A stretch of DNA of 64,000 nucleotides from Chrysomallon squamiferum (Eukaryota > Animalia > Mollusca), in assembly GCA_012295275.1 (NCBI GenBank), contig CM022665.1, positions 11,780,001-11,844,000 of the forward strand, written 5' to 3'. Positions 14,500 through 28,466 of the stretch are shown one piece after another. Made by a program: the position numbers and the translations under genes. Positions within the stretch are counted from its first letter, which is position 1. The number at the start of each line of letters is the position of its first letter. Under the pieces are notes generated by a model. That model was given only the letters and a program-made list of their open reading frames with translations. It made no database searches and had not been told where the DNA came from.

Positions 14500-15657
14500 T
14501 AATACAGCCCCCTACTGATATAACTGCAGTATTTTCCCCCGACACTTCAACAAATAGATTTATTTCATTATCACATCTTAATTCAATGTTTAAAAACTAC
14601 AACAAACCCCAGCTCATCTCCTTGATCTCCCAAACCAAGGCCCAACTCACCCGTATCTTTAATAATTATTGGCTTTATGAATACTTTATAACTTGAGCAT
14701 TATACGCCAATTTAACACCACCAAACCTAACAACCACCATCAAGAAGTTGCTTTGACGTCCAATTCAGCTTGCTTTGTGAGAGTTTAATTCGGCGTAAAG
14801 ACCCGCTGATAAAATGAAGCCTAAATGATAGGGTCATAATGTCGCTGCTCTTTTGAGAAACAAGAGTCAAGCAAGACATCAATCGCCGTACAATGGTAGC
14901 CTCCTTGGGCCAATCGGCGATCGAGTTGAAAACTAACCAGCCAGTCGCAGAGCTCCGCAGAGCATTAAATATCCCTTTGCAACGTTGTTGATGAGTGGAC
15001 CACCCTGGTGTCGAAATGCGGGGATAATTGTTGGCGGCGCTGAGACACAAATCTTTGGGAGTGGGGCAGCAAATCCCTTTACATTACTTTTATAACAACG
15101 TTTACGCTCAATTTAACATCCAACATCCAACTGCATAGTTAAGAGAGCCGACAATATGGAGGGAACTAAATTATCCTTCACGTCTGCCTATCAGTGTGAA
15201 ATCAACCACATGGGGGATACATGAGTTAAACGCATTACTTCCGCTTCGATGGAAAGAGTTCTTGCGAGCGCGAGCATCAAAGCGCGCAAAAACGTGCATA
15301 TGCCCATGCGTCGGTTATTGAAAATTTCGAGTGGACTTTTCAAGTGGCCAACAAAAATCGGCTTGATTTTAATATTTCTTTGGGGGGGGGGGATACTTTC
15401 GAAATTAAAATGAACTTAGCAGATTTAATGTTGTATTGAGAGCGAGGGAAAGGGTAGATTACTGGGGTTTTCACAACGACGCATGTCGACGAGCTAGCCA
15501 CTCGATGTGCCGTTAATTCTCAAACAGACATTCTGAGAAATATGGCTGGCACTTAAAAACACAGAGAATACTTTTGACATTGGCTCTTTAATGAAACCCC
15601 CTGTTTTCAGCCCTGACGCTTAGAGGCATGATTTATGAGAGGTGTGTTCCTTGCTTC

Positions 15658-15688
<31 letters not shown>

Positions 15689-15777
15689 CGTTAAGAATTT
15701 GTTATTCTCACTCGCAGATGTGCCCGGTTATTACGCCATTAAAAAGTGATGTTTGACAAACACGACTTTACCGAAAG

Positions 15778-15780
<3 letters not shown>
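14500..15780. promoter_or_regulatory. Candidate distal cis-regulatory island (long)
   Basis: 1.3 kb of complex sequence with no credible ORF. TCF-type ATCAAAG at ~15276, Gli-like GACCACCCT at 14998, NK2-type TCAAGTG at ~15340. Confidence 0.4.
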
Positions 15781-15816
<36 letters not shown>

Positions 15817-16785
15817 ATACTTTAGATTTTAGTTTTAATTAGAAAGTAATTCAGACAATTTTTACACTAATGTGTAATCTAGTTAAATAATAATTAATAA
15901 TAAAAATATAAATGAAAATAATTTTAAAAAATAAAATAAAAATAAAATAAAATAATAAAAATAAATCAGTAAATAAATAAATAAATAAATAAATAATAAA
16001 TAAACAAACAAATAAACAAACAAACAAAGAGATAAATAAATAAATAATTTAAAAATGTTTTGCACACTGTTGTAATTTTTTATTACATAAATTATTAAAT
16101 TAAAATGTACTAATGTACATAGTTTGTGTGAATAAAAGTATGCATGAGACAAAGATAGAAAGGGAATTTTACATCAGAAATATACAAATATAACAGATAT
16201 ATATTATCTACCCACATGCGTACATACAAAATCAAACACACACGCACACACATATAGAGCCATATGCATACACACAGAGACTCACATACATACATACACA
16301 GGCACATTTAAACATACACAGACACACATATACACACAGACACATACGTCATTTCCAATAAGCCTATCTAGCTATTTCCCTTTCCATTACGTGTTCCATG
16401 CCAGTAGTATGTTTTCTTTCCTTTCTATGGGTAAGTGCATACAAAAGATTCCTTTCTGCTAATCGGTAAGAGTAACCCATATAATCGTCATCAGAAATAT
16501 AATGACAGTTAACAGTGGGATATTTGTATTCAAACATTCATTCACACATTCATTCAAGGACTCAACATTAAATTGCATAATGATGAATGAACGTAATTTT
16601 AACAATATCTGAATATATTTTAATATTAAACTTATACTTTCCATCAGCCTTTTTCTTTTCTTTTTTGTGTGTGTGTGCGTGGGTGCAGCATGTTTTTAAT
16701 ACTAATATATTTTAACATCATCGTAACTGACACTCTTAGCATCTTATGTTATCATTATTACAGCTGTTATTTTTCCTGATATTAC

Positions 16786-16836
<51 letters not shown>

Positions 16837-19551
16837 ACAGAGGAAATAACAAGTCCATATCAAAATTCCTTTTTCGATAAGCGCAAAAAAAAAAAAAAAA
16901 AAGTTTTTATCGTGAGCACGGTTTTGATTGAACTTTATTAAATAAAATCAACAGTATAAAAATCAGCACGAGCTGGTCTCGCGCAGTGGGGTGATATTGT
17001 AACAATGCAGCGCGAGTATGTCTCGTGCAATATTCATTCCTTAGACATTTTTGTGTGAATAACAAACACCTTTGTGTGTCTTCCTGTGAGTCGCCCCGTA
17101 CTTGGTACTTTCACCTGGTTAGTGAAATACTATAGAAAGGTAAACAATAAAATAAAAATTAATTTCTCTGTCAATAGATGCACGTGCGCTTTTCATTATT
17201 TTACCTACGCTTGTGAAGGGGAAGCGGGGACATTGCTGAGCAATAAAATGAAAAATAGAAGATTAAAAATAAAATAAAATAAAATAAAATAAAATAAATA
17301 AATAAATTTCATTAAATAAAATAAAATAAAGTACAGTAAAATTAGGTATATATATTTTTAAAACAACCCCCCCCACCAAAAAACACCAAAACAAACAAAC
17401 AAACAAACAAACAAACAAACAACCATATAATAAATAAATAAATAAAATAAAATAAAATAAAATAAAAATAAATTAAATTAAATAAGCAAAAAAATAAAAA
17501 TAAAAATTTTAATAAAAAATAAAAATAAAAATAAAAATAATAATAATAACAATCTGGCAGCAAGTGATTTCTTACATTTAAACTGCAATAACACGAAAAT
17601 AAGACATCGGTAAACGGTGGCAGTTTTCGAATCAATTTCACAGGCCGGTGGGTGGCCTGGGTAATCCGTCTATTACAAGGAAACAATGTTCTCCAACAAA
17701 CTTATCCACGTGTTCTAGTTTGGAGCTTGTTTCGTTGCCCACACCTTTTGTGGTCTACCGTAGAACTGAAGCGGTGAAAATTCAATGCATCGCTTAGAGA
17801 CCCATGAAAAGACTGCGCTGCGGTGATCTGGCAAGGGTCTGGCAGAAAAGAACTCGAGGAGCACGGATTAAAATGTGAATGAGATACTCCAGTGACAAAA
17901 ATTATTCTCTTGTCCTCGTCTTGCGATGAAAGATTGGTGCCCGGCCTTCCCAGGCAGGAGGTGAAGACTGGGGAGTCATGACGGCCCAGGTGTGGTTCGG
18001 ATTGATAGAATGATAAAAAAAAAAAAAAAAAAAAATATCGCATACCTATTTTGTAATATAACTCTTTAAATCACCGCCTTCGTCGAATGATAGGAATACT
18101 TCGAACTCGAGATTTCGAATACCACGCTGAAGACGTGTTGCTATGGTCAGACAGTTATTGTGTGATGGAGTAGATGAGAATCAAAGATTTGCTCACTGTT
18201 GTCCAGTATGTGAATAGGAGGATAAGTCTACTTGTACACTTTTAAATTTAGGTTACGTAGTTTATGAAGGTACAATGACAGATACAGATACATATACATG
18301 TACATACACCCGTATGCAAGCATGCATGCATACATACACATATACAAACGTAAATATATACGCACGTATCTACGCTCATACACACATGCATATACGTTCA
18401 CATTTACATTACATACATAGATATATACACTTTCATTGTGAATCCATCCTTACATACATTCATAAGTATATAGAGACACACACACACAGACACACAAACA
18501 CACACACACACATCTATGAACCTTACAATTAAACTTATCTATAACTAGAATCAGACTGTTGTCAATTTAAATGTAATCGTCCTATGTTTCATCCTTCTGT
18601 CCAATTCACTTTTTGAAAATATAATTTTGGTGATCCATAAACAGCAGCAGCAGCCACAGAAACAACAACAACAACAATAATATCCTATACCAAAAACAAT
18701 TTTAAAAAGAAATGAAAAAAAAAAAAAAAGAGTGTGTTAAGAAAAAGAAATTACAGAAAAAACAGCCTTGAAAGATGGAGTCCAAAACCTGAACCCGGAA
18801 GGTAACGCTGCACGTGCATTTCAATGACGTCAGCTAATCGCTTCTACGTTCGTCACAATAAGCCACGAACGACCCCATCCGGCAGCAATTGTGCTTTTAA
18901 ACTGAGATAATTGGTAGAGCTTTAGGCTATACCCTTCAACTATAGGTGTCTATCGATCGTTGAAAAAGTGACACGAAAATCATTTTCTGTACAATAAAAG
19001 ACTTGATTGTTTCAGAAGTTGCGCGAACTCGCCAACTCGAGAGAGATAGGCACGGGCTTCATTCACTCCGCGTTCCACCATCACCTTGCAAAAAATCACA
19101 GATCTTTAGCGGACTTCATTGAATATAAACTTGTTTTGTTTTCGTGAACGAACAACACACTTACCACTAATTGATTTAATGGTTTTGAGACCACGGTGGC
19201 TTAGAGAACTGCTTTTCACATTGTTTGACGTAATTCTCGCACACTCAGACGAGATTTGGATTACGTAATATGTGATAAATGACTATGTTTTGCTCAAGAG
19301 CTTTTTAACGCCGGTTAGAGCAAAAAGGAGAAGAAAAGAAATTAAAAGAATAATAAAAATAAAAATAGAAATAACATTAAGTAGAAGAAAATAAGACATT
19401 TAAAGTAAATTTAAGAGTTAAATCAATGTACAAATTATCTCTTTTTTTTATGCATTAAATTACAGAGTATAAATTAATAACATACTGAGATATCTTTGAT
19501 TTCTGCAGATGGACAATTCAGTATTCGAAATTTCAATAGCCTGGAAAACCA

Positions 19552-19584
<33 letters not shown>

Positions 19585-21399
19585 AAATATGAATTTTGAA
19601 AACTGGTATTAAACATCACGTGTATTGTCAAGTTGTCTTCAGTTTAATTCGTTAACAAATAACAGCGGCTTTTTTTGTTGGATTTCTCTTATTTTTTTTT
19701 TTGAATTAATTTTAAATTTTTTTGCTATAACAATAGTTTAGGGGTTTTTTCATTACAAATATTATATTATATTATATTATATTTTATTATATTTATATTT
19801 TATATATATTTTTTTTTATCTTACAAATAACATCTGAATATAGATTCTATTTGATTAGTTATGTTTTAGTTCTTGTAACAATAATGATAATAAATTTATT
19901 CTCACATTCTGTGTAAGTACCGTGTAAAGAAATATAATAAAAGTATATTTTAACATACGCTTAGTAAGTAATAATAATTATGTACATATTCTGAATAATA
20001 GAAATAACTAACAATAAATGTTTTTTTTTTTTTTGTTATTCTATATTTAGTTTCACTGATTTTTTATTTTCATGCTATTGTTATTGTTACTACTCTTGAT
20101 GTTGTTATTATTTTAATGTTGTTGATCTTCTTCTTAATATTATTATTGTTGTTGTCATTGTTGTTATTATTATTATTGTTATTGTTATTATTTTGTTGCT
20201 GTATGGGACTTACACTATTATTTTTGAAAAAGTTTTTTTTGTTGTTTTGGATTGTTTGTTTTTTCTCTTTATTTACGCTATAATAATTCCCTTTAAGGTA
20301 TAGAAAAAATTATTATATTCTAAAGACAACAAAAGATGAAATATTAATTCTGTTTACGGCACAGAAGATAAAGAGAATGAAAACCAGGTTGGTTAATTCT
20401 ACGCTGAAGCTTATATTGCAATCCAGACTAAGCGTAAAAGATTTCTGTAAAAACAATGCATAATTTAGAAAGGTAACAACAGGTGACAAGACGTTATTAT
20501 AATAATTATCTGTAAATGAAATATAATGCAGCTGTCTATGATTTAAAAATTAGACCTAATATGTTGTTTTTTTTTTTTTTTTTTTAAAATTTTATTTTAA
20601 AATTCATATTCTTTGTTTCTATTGCTTTTCTTGTCTTTAAATCGCTAATAAAATAATTAAATATATGAAAAGAATATGAATGTAATTTAAAATATTAATG
20701 ATGATGATGATGACGATAACAACAGTAATAACAACAACAAAATTCAGTTCAAATTAATTAATTAATTATTTTATTTTATTTTATTTTTTATTTTTCAATA
20801 CATTCTCTTTTATTAGCTGATTTTAATTTAATTCAGGAATATAAAAAATCAAAAAATCTGTTTAACTAAATATGTATGAAATATACAACACGCACAGAAT
20901 GAATAATCGGACAAATAACTTTCCATCATTTATATCTCTATACACTGTACGTATACAGACTGTTTGATGATGAAAAGAAGAAAAAAACTAACACAATAGC
21001 TATAAAAGAAGAATGATCAGTACATTTTTATTATGAAAGAATAAATCGTTTTTATCACTTGCGGAATGAAATAATTACAACAAATGTATCTGAATGAATA
21101 AATCAGAAAGAGCGACAGAATGAAAGAACGAATGACTGAATGAATGGATAAGCAAGGATGAATGAATTTATTGGCGATGTAAATATAAGTATATACAATT
21201 ACTATGTACGATAAAAACCAGTCATTCATTGATTATTTCACTATGAATGAATTGTCTTTATCTAAACTGAGAGTAAACGTAAACTCAGTGTATGTGCATA
21301 CCCGGATATCGTTTTAACAAAACTGACAACAAACAAACAACTTCACTATTATATATGTGTATTACAGTACATTAAGTGATAGAGGTTTTTTTTTTTTTT

Positions 21400-22400
21400 T
21401 GTTATCACCGAGTGTATCAAATAATATTCACTGTAGTGTTTACATACAAGATATCGTCTGTGTTTACACGATTTCTCACATTTGATTGTACAACGACCAC
21501 GTCTAGGCCGAACGTTCAACACACCACACAAAGTTATCAACGCCAAAATACAAACATCGGCGTGCATTAATCGGGAATAAAATTTGTGTTTAGGGGTGGT
21601 CTTGCAATAATAGAACAGATTTTTTTTTTTTTCATCCACCACGATCAACAGATTTGTGACATTGTTTGTTTTCAACAGATGTAGCGGTGTAACTCATTTG
21701 TAAAATGGATGTTCTTGAGTCGAAAATCTTGTAAATAAACCTGAAAAATAAATTTATTCTCGTGCTTTGCGCTTTGTTCGGATGCCTGATTCTGAAAGCT
21801 CGGGGTTTCAAGCCATAAATCGCATTTGGCAGAGAAGTCATCAATTCTTCTGGCCAATCATAAGAAGGTAAACATCCCATTGTGTCCTTTCTACCCATGC
21901 AACAATATCAATTGTTAAAAGAGTTTAACCTAAATGTCATTAAATCTGGGCGAAGAAAGCCCGTATTTGTCGTTGTTTACCGTACGGCAGGCCTGGGCAC
22001 CCATTAGTAAAATAATACCTTCTTTGCAACACTCGCAAACAAGCGTCAGAAATCTTGAACACTGCGGTAGAAGGACGCACCAATGAAGAGCTGGACGTGG
22101 CGTTCAGTAATGGCGTTCCGGGTTGTTTGTTTACCTGATGAGTTTCCAATCACTCTCAGGTGTACACACAGACACTTCAGTGCTCGACGGACCCTGGAGC
22201 GCCGTTGCCAGGGTGGAGCTCTTCGTGGTGGAGGTATGAAACTTAGATGCTCTTCAGAAACCGGGCTCTTCTCCACGTGCCGCTGCATCTATTGTAACGG
22301 CAACAAAGACTTTGCAAACTGCAGGTGCACAAGTCTATAACTTTGGCCAGTTTGCCACTCGGGCCAAGAATTAGAAGTCATGTCGACCCTTAAACTATCT
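21400..22400. promoter_or_regulatory. Candidate distal cis-regulatory island
   Basis: GC-elevated complex block with Fox TGTTTGTTTAC (22124-22134) and a Gli-like site at 21593. Confidence 0.4.
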
Positions 22401-22590
22401 TCCATGATAAGGATTAACATTTTTTTCTATTATTACTCCCACTTTTTTTTTTCTTCTTTTTTTCGCAAATGTGTTATGTATTTTTACAAAAGCCATTTAG
22501 TAAAAACTGAAACAAGGCCTGATCAATATGGATATCTCTGCATGAAAAGAAAAGAAAATGTTTACCCAAAAAGTTTTTAAAATGAATAGA

Positions 22591-22592
<2 letters not shown>

Positions 22593-22621
<29 letters not shown>

Positions 22622-22663
22622 TGTATGTATGTATGTATGTATGTATGTATGTATGTATGTATG
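22593..22663. repeat. (ATGT)n microsatellite
   Basis: Directly visible, with degenerate continuation to ~22890. Confidence 0.95.
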
Positions 22664-23119
22664 AATGTATGTATGTATCTATGTATATATATATGCATGT
22701 ATATTTGTATATATGTATGTTTGTATGTCTGCATATGTGTAAATATGTATATGCTTGTATATATTTATTTTGTTCTTTGTTTGTTTGTTTAATTTGTTTG
22801 TTAGTATGAATATACACCCATTCGTTTTTGTGTAAATACATGTACATATCCATGTATGTTTTTCCTCATGTAATACATACATACATACATATTTACACTA
22901 TTACAGGACTTAGCCACTTTAAGCAATCTGTCCTATGCTTAAGTATATATACATATAAATGATAGTTTGTTAACAAATGTAACTGCTAGCGGAGCTAAGT
23001 CTACACAGTCACACACCAGTGTGTTTGATTTACGTAGTTATCAGTGCTCTGTACATATAATTTACTAACGCGCTTTACACACAGTCTGTCAATATTTCAG
23101 CCATTTTATCTCATCATTA

Positions 23120-23480
23120 CACACAAACATATCCGGCCCGCCGTAAGCTAAGTAAATTTTATTTTGTACCCCCTGTCGAGTATCGACCTGATGCCGTCAA
23201 TGATTGGTTACCGAATTGTGTGACGTCATTATAATAAAAAGCGTAAATGGTTTATTCATCTATTATAACGACCTATACACCGGAAGTCGATCCTCAATAT
23301 GACAATATTGGCTAGTTGGCGGGAAGTGATTACTTACAAGCATTGTTCTTTATCGTGTGATAAATATATGGGTATACTGGCGTCAAGCTGCCGATCATGT
23401 TAAAGCTCAGATCGTGCATTATCGGCCATATTCATTCCTGGGATTGCCTCAGCCAAAGCATTGTCTGAACACTTCATTGT
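23120..23480. promoter_or_regulatory. Promoter-like motif cluster
   Basis: ATTGG x2, TGACGTCA, ACCGGAAGT and TTGGCGGGAA within about 125 bp. Confidence 0.45.
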
Positions 23481-25390
23481 ATGGGCTAACATATTTGAAG
23501 CTGCAATAACAGATAATGGATAATGGCCTTCAATCACACAGTAAATATTACAGCCAAAGCGTGTTAACACGACTGTTAGTTAGTTATTTCTTTTTGTGTT
23601 GGCCACGATTATTTGTGTTTTCACTGATGAGCAAAGAAGATGAAATGAATGGTTTTTCACAGTCGAGTTTACTGCTTGATTATTGCTTAGGTTTATTTTG
23701 TTTAATTTCATTTACAGAGCAGTTCATTTTAATTTAATTTAATTACTTTTAAAATTAATTGTATTATTACATTTGTTATCATCATCATCATCATCACAAT
23801 CATCATCTTCATCGTTATCATCATCATAACCGTCGTCATGGTCATCATCATCATTATTATTATCGGCTTTTTAAATTTTATTTAATATTATTTTATTTTA
23901 TTCTATTTTATTTTTTTTATTTTATTTTATTTTATTTTATTTATTTATTCAAATATTCATTTCTTTTTTATTCATTAAACTCTGGAAAGTTCAGAGAATG
24001 TGTGGTTATTATATTCTTGATAATGTTTTTATTTCATTCAATCACAGCACAAAGTACTGCTAGAGCCAGTTCGTTTTAGATCTACACCAAAAATTATTTT
24101 TGTTGGATTTTTGTTATAAACGAATTCTTATTTAACAGATTACATTTCGCACCAAAGCAGTTTAAAAGTCGCAATAATGTAACTTCTCTGAATACGAGTT
24201 TTACCGTAGTTTCTAAATAATATTATTTCATTTCTGCAAAACATCTTAACTATTAACTAAATTCTAATCTATGTTTTGAATTTGAATTTAAATACTTAAT
24301 TACGTTATAGCGCATATTTAGTACTTTATTTATTGTTAACAAAGATTCACACCTCGATCAAATATAATTATAAATTGAAAGCTTATAAAATGTATTTTTT
24401 TTTTATTCAAGCAATCAAACGTACACTTTATAAGTTATAATATACACATCATGTACCATGTGACTCGAACAGTCTTGTTTTAATTTTGATTAAGCATTAA
24501 TTTATAAAGACTGGTTACTGTGAGATTTAGTTCAAAATCGTATTCCAACACAAAACCGAGACCAGAGATGTGACTAACAGAGTGTGTCCATCAAAGAGTG
24601 AAATTTAGAAAAGAAAAGAAAAAAAAGACACTACCACATAGACGGACGACCACAGTCAACAGTGACCAAAAACTTGCCAAGGGACAAATATTGACCAAAT
24701 GACCAGTGGTGGTGATTCTTTCTGTTTCTTGAATGGACATTCCATGAAGTGTGTCAGTTGCTTTATTTGGCCGTGTTGACTTGGGCACGTTTAAAACACT
24801 GTGAATCTTTTCGCTTGCTTTCGTGTTGTCATACTAGCGCGATATGTGTATACTCGCCATGCCCGTTACAATAACCGTGCGCCGTTTATGACTGTTTGAA
24901 CATCCTGCTAAATAAACGCATGTGTAAATGGAAGCAACGAGTGGAAGAACACGATGTTTTACGCTCTGAGGCTCAGGATTTTAAAAAATTCTATTATTAT
25001 TATTATTTATTTTTTATTTTTTATTTTTTTTTTAATTATTATTTTTTTTTTATTATTGCTGGTCTGAATTAACAGCACTTGCATGCGAGTGCATGAAAAT
25101 GTGTCGTAAAAACTTCGCAACGTTCGGTCACGAAACGTCTGAGACACTGACACGAAATTGCGGGTGCGTGATGTGCTTGTAACGCTAATTACAAGTGCGT
25201 GTCAGGGGTTGTAAAACGATTTGTAAATACGGCCTTTTACAATGAAAATGTGGTAAAAATGACAACTTGGTTAATTAGCGCTTCTGACAAGACAGATGAG
25301 ATGTTAGAAGGAGGACGTATGTTAGTGTTAGTAGAAAAAAAAAAAAAAAATGTGAAATCTAAAATGTGTGTGTACTTATCTTTTGATTGT

Positions 25391-25425
<35 letters not shown>

Positions 25426-27377
25426 TGTGAGCATTACTCTGTGTGTATGTGTGATTTTATTTCCTAATAAATACACTTAATTTCCTGTGCAATTTCTTGC
25501 TATTTCAAAGTTGTTTTTATTATTGTTTTTAATATATATTTTTTTAATATCCGGAATCCATCGCTGAATACCATAGTTATGCTCCTTTATCTTTCACTGT
25601 GAAGAAATAACACTCTTTGATTATCAGATTATTTTTCATACATTTATAATCTTTAAAAAAACCAAACCCACAATAACATTAAACTAATAATAACAAGATA
25701 AAATAAAATACACCCAAGTAATTCTTACCATAATTTGACATATATAACACTTTAAATATAGATTAGCTTTTCGGCAAATTTGTCTGTACAAACATTCAAA
25801 TAGTGCATTATTTTAGTAACAAACAAACTAGTATCGCAAATTACTAAGACTTTTACAATTAGCTGTTCAGCGGTTAAATTCTCGCGCCTGATACGGAGTC
25901 TGATTGTTTGGTACAGAGACTGTTAAACTTGACGTAACCAAAGTGTAAATTTTACGTCTATAGGCTAATTATTCTTACAGCTCTTCCATCATAAACTCGC
26001 CGAGTTGCGAGACGTTACGTCGACGGTGTTTGTTTTTCGTAATGTCCACATTAGTGGACAGTATGGGAAAGTGCTTATTTCAAGCTTCAAAAGAGCATTT
26101 TGGTTGCCATGGTGAGAAAAAAAAAAAAAGGCAACAGAAATAAAAAAAAAAATAATAAAAAAGATACTTAAATCAACTGTTTGTTTCGGTAAGTTTAATC
26201 GCAGCGATGAGTGAGAAGTTTACGTGTTTTTATGTAAGGATTATAATTGTGGTTGAAGAATTAGGTGGGGAAAAAACAACATAGTGCTTTCAGTGACCAT
26301 CATCATGATCCACATTATTATTAACATTTTCATTATTGTTATTATTATTATTAGTAGTAGTAGTAGTAGTAGTAGTTGTAGCAGTAGTATTAAAATTAGT
26401 AATAGTAGTAGAAGTAAAAGTAGTAGCAGTAGTGTTACTAATAGTGCCTGTTCTTTTTTTCTTTCTTTCTTTTTTTGTTGTTGTTATTGCTATTATTATC
26501 GTCATAATCATCGTTGTTAATTTTATTATTAATTTTGTAGTAGTAATAGTAATATAATATAAACAGCAGCAGCAGCAGTAGTAGTAAATGTAGTAGCAGT
26601 AGTAGTACTATTAGTAGTAGTGGTAATAGTTGTATTAGTAGTAGTTGTAATGGTAATCCTTATATTTATCTTTTTATTTCGTCACTTTTTTCTTTTCTTC
26701 TTTCGTTTGAGAAGCCATCGTAATTACTATACAGAATAAACTAAATGTTTTAAAAATAAGTTCCAAAATAAATGATTTACAAACTGCAGAGTAAGCGGTG
26801 TAACTAACAAATTACTGAGTCTAAATAACCAAACGTTAAAAGAATCTGTAACTATTTTTCAAACAACAGTACAAGATCGGCTAAGCCAAAGCCAATTAAT
26901 AATTCATCGCATTCTGAACCGAGTTAACTAAGACACCAATACACATTTTACCTGCGAAATCATTCTTTGTTATTTTATATCGATCATAACAACAAAATAA
27001 TCACAAGTAATGAGGAAATGAAATATTCCACAAATAGAGTATTTATAAGTATTTATATTAGTAATTTAGAGTAATAGTAGTAGTAGTAGTTATTGTTGTT
27101 GTAGTAGTGGTTCTTGTGGTAGTAATAGCAGTAGTAGTAGCAATAGTAATAGTAATGGTAGTGGCTGTAGTAATAGTAGTAGTAGTAGTTGTTGTAGAAC
27201 AACGTATAGTGTAAATGATAATAACAGTCTTTCATAATACATATTAGCTATAGTAATAATAATGGTAGTAGTTATTGTAGTTGTCTTGCTGTCATTGTTT
27301 TTTGTAGTTACACAATTCATGTTAAAAGTCATTAATAAATAAAGAAATATATATCAGAATTGTATTGATTATTTAAT

Positions 27378-27468
27378 GGTTTGACAGCTTCATTACTAAA
27401 TAAAGTTATATCAATCATTTTGTTTCACTGGTTGATATAGTTTTATTTAGTGATGAAGTTGTCAAGCT
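27378..27468 (+). other. Long inverted repeat / candidate hairpin RNA
   Basis: Arms 27378-27417 and 27429-27468 pair fully when G-U is allowed; 11-nt loop. The inverted repeat is certain; RNA function is unproven. Confidence 0.7.
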
Positions 27469-28394
27469 TTATATAGAATAAATATATATCAGCCAATGAA
27501 ATGTTTTGTTTTTGTTTGTGTCAAAGTAATCATATAATATATTAATATCAACCAATCAAATGTGTCGATCCTTTTTTTATTTCTGTATCGCCTTAAGTTC
27601 TGTCTATCCAATTACTTTATTAATTGTCCTTCTTCGTTTTTGTGCCGGTACTAAAATTATGTATTATAATATGGCAAAAAAATTAGAAAAAAAAAAAAAA
27701 AAAAAAAAGAAAAGAATATACAAAAAAGAAATATAAAATACTAAAACAAAATTACGAAACAAACTGCTTGATTAAGTCATGCACATTAACGCCTGTTAAC
27801 CAACATCACATTTTAAAATAATCAAATTATAATTTTTTATATCTCTCAACCATCGTGACCGCATACTATGAAAGATAGTGGTTGCCATGGTTACAAGACT
27901 TTTTTTTTGTTGTTGTTCTACCTGTCTAAATATCAAGGTAACTAAGCGATGCGTAATTCCACTGAGGATCGCCAAAGGCTGGTTGCTGAAGTGAAAAACG
28001 CGTTAAGTCGATATTCGAGTTATGATAGTAACAAAACTCATATCTCTTGCTTAATCCTGGACCGCTGGTAAGCGGCCTATACCGGCTGGTGTATGTGTCG
28101 TAAATTAATTAACCAGTCAGATTTTCATTTTCTCAGTTATAATTTGTTTATCGATCCACCACCAAACCAGACCCTGTTTTGTATTCTTTTGTTTCTATTA
28201 ATTGATTGATTGACAGGCTGTTAGTGTTTGTACTGCGCTGTGCCGGATTCTTACTGTCTTCCGACCTGCATTTCATGTGCAGACATTTTTAAAATGACGT
28301 GTGTAAAATGAGATTTGTTTTTAAATAAAAGAAAAGGCAGTTAATATCTGTGTGAATGAGCATTTGTAACAGCACAATACGTAATATATTACTG

Positions 28395-28397
<3 letters not shown>

Positions 28398-28465
<68 letters not shown>
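28398..28465. repeat. (AG)n microsatellite
   Basis: Directly visible. Confidence 0.95.

Positions 28466-28466
<1 letters not shown>

Noticed and set aside
22135-22165. CTGATGA hammerhead ribozyme core (also ~23624 and ~41534)
   Set aside because: No stem II followed by GAAA and no cleavage-site helices.
27430-27455. Resemblance of the hairpin 3' arm to miR-190
   Set aside because: Seed and body differ (UGAUAUAG vs GAUAUGU) and it is on the wrong arm; not assigned.
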